From: a virus
Lineage: Duplodnaviria > Caudoviricetes
Strand: one strand, 5' to 3'
DNA length: 25,807 nt
IMG/VR virus record: IMGVR_UViG_3300008218_001408
Span: 1 to 25,807 of that record
Shown here: one piece after another, positions 24,734 through 25,807 of the stretch
Layout: every line of letters starts with the position of its first letter
Numbering within the stretch: the first letter of the stretch is position 1
Made by a program: the position numbers and the translations under genes
Notes under the pieces: model-generated
What the model was told of the DNA's origin: nothing
Database searches by the model: none
What the model saw: only the letters and a program-made list of their open reading frames with translations

Positions 24734-24971
24734 AGCGGGCCTTTCCCCCCCTGGCTGGCGTCCTCCCGCCAAATAAACTCTTGCACCCCTGGGCCACAAT
24801 AATGGCCCGCCTGGTGATATTTACCTGGAACCCCGTCCAAGGAGGGCTATTAGTCCTCTCGCAGCCACCAGTGAGACGCTGCGTGTCACATCTTACCGGG
24901 TTCATCCGGAGCAGCTTATTTATTTTCCTTGGCTGGCTATCTGCGGGCCAGCCAGAAGTCAGTTAGTCAGC

Positions 24972-25001
24972 TTGACTTTATCGGCTGGTGGGAGTTACGA
25001 T
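24972..25001 (+). promoter_or_regulatory. Sigma70-type promoter, antisense to the operon
   Basis: TTGACT-18 nt-TACGAT. Confidence 0.45.
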
Positions 25002-25004
25002 ACT

Positions 25005-25080
25005 GGGGCTTGTACCCCGTATCGTGTCCTCCCACGATATGTAAGAGGCCCCTGGAAGTGACGCCAGGGGCTTTCTTATT
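25005..25080 (+). ncRNA. Predicted ~75-nt small RNA ending in an intrinsic terminator
   Basis: Hairpins GGGG/CCCC, GUAUCGUG-[UCCUCC]-CACGAUAU and GGCCCCUGG/CCAGGGGCU followed by UUCUUAUU. Confidence 0.45.
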
Positions 25081-25104
25081 GTCTGGGAATCCATCGGCGC
25101 GATG

Positions 25105-25185
25105 TTAGCGCGCCCATGGCGAAGGAGTCAAGTCCTCGGAGTCCCTGGCTGAGTTGGGGCTGGTGTACGTTTCCAGTATGGCCAT
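25105..25185 (-). CDS. Micro-ORF, 26 aa (MAILETYTSPNSARDSEDLTPSPWAR)
   Basis: Strong AAAGGAGAGGA RBS immediately after the small terminase stop. Confidence 0.4.
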   Translation of the reverse strand: MAILETYTSPNSARDSEDLTPSPWAR

Positions 25186-25197
25186 TCCTCTCCTTTC

Positions 25198-25722
25198 TTA
25201 TACCGAGGGCGTCATCTCCTCAATCTCTTCCTCTTCCTTCTTCTTCCCCTTCTTCCCCCCTGCCCGGATGTACTCCCGTATCTTCTGCATCGTCTCCTTC
25301 GCTTGCTCGTCACTCATAGCCGCCGCAGGCCGGTACTTGTTCGGCAGATTCGAGTTCAATAACGTTATCAAAAGAATCGGACTCACGTTATCCCCCTGCC
25401 TCTTTACCCTCTCCCACGCAAATACCTCCAACCTGTCGTTCCACCTGTGCTCCGCCTCCGCCCTCCTCGCCTTGAACCTCAATACGTCGTTCGTATACCA
25501 CGCCTTCGCCGTTCCCGCACTCACCCCCGCCCTGTCCGCCGCTATCGAGTTTACCTTCACATCTGCGTAATGCCTAAGATACCGGTTCTGGTTCTCCCAA
25601 CTCTTCTTCTGGTTGGGTTGCAATAAGTCTAGGTCTACTCCGTAATCACCTGGGTCGCTCCCCTCCCAGATGGAAGGCTCCAGAGCGCCATTAGGTGGTA
25701 GTTCTGGCTTAGGCGTGGGCAT
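25198..25722 (-). CDS. terS: Terminase small subunit, 174 aa
   Basis: HTH (IAADRAGVSAGTAKAW), helix ...DRLEVFAWER, and the LLITLLNSNLPNKYR signature typical of TerS; upstream of terL. Confidence 0.75.
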   Translation of the reverse strand: MPTPKPELPPNGALEPSIWEGSDPGDYGVDLDLLQPNQKKSWENQNRYLRHYADVKVNSIAADRAGVSAGTAKAWYTNDVLRFKARRAEAEHRWNDRLEVFAWERVKRQGDNVSPILLITLLNSNLPNKYRPAAAMSDEQAKETMQKIREYIRAGGKKGKKKEEEEIEEMTPSV

Positions 25723-25807
25723 CCTCTCTATCCTCCCAGGCGTCAGATAGCCCCATTCTACCAGACTGGCTCTCCGGGCGTCTCAGACCGGCAGGGATGC
25801 CCGTAGG

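Noticed and set aside
24740-25080. tRNA or CRISPR array
   Set aside because: No cloverleaf with a T-loop consensus and no regularly spaced direct repeats.
450-25570. Numerous plus-strand ORFs (e.g. 1064-1666, 4685-5428, 21814-22512)
   Set aside because: They are antisense shadows of well-supported minus-strand genes in GC-rich DNA, with no recognisable motifs or RBSs.
1-25807. Genome-wide TAG reassignment (alternative genetic code)
   Set aside because: Long genes are uninterrupted under the standard code. TAG ends the scaffold, capsid, TerL, 390-aa fibre and 1362-aa genes at sensible positions, followed by new RBSs or further stops. Only local readthrough remains possible.

Overview
This window is the packaging and virion module of a GC-rich, podovirus-like tailed phage or prophage. 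Essentially all credible genes are on the minus strand. In transcription order (right to left) they are: terminase small subunit; a ~3 kb accessory island of small Zn-finger, HTH and membrane ORFs plus short promoter-RNA-terminator cassettes; a 48-aa basic peptide; terminase large subunit; portal; three putative ejection/internal proteins (576, 119 and 1362 aa); scaffold; major capsid protein; head-associated proteins including one fibre; an adaptor; a beta-propeller nozzle; a tail fibre; and a holin-like gene. I see no tape measure, sheath, integrase, replication gene, tRNA or CRISPR array. The most notable observations are: (1) the terminase Walker A lies upstream of any ATG/GTG/TTG and directly after an in-frame TAG, implying a CTG start or amber readthrough; (2) two predicted small RNAs display anti-Shine-Dalgarno sequence, one matching the 16S 3' end over 12 nt; (3) about 308 residues of putative ejection protein contain no Lys, Tyr, Trp or Cys but 45 Phe; (4) two paralogous fibres share a Cys-rich C-terminal domain. 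Product calls come from motifs and synteny only; no database search was run.
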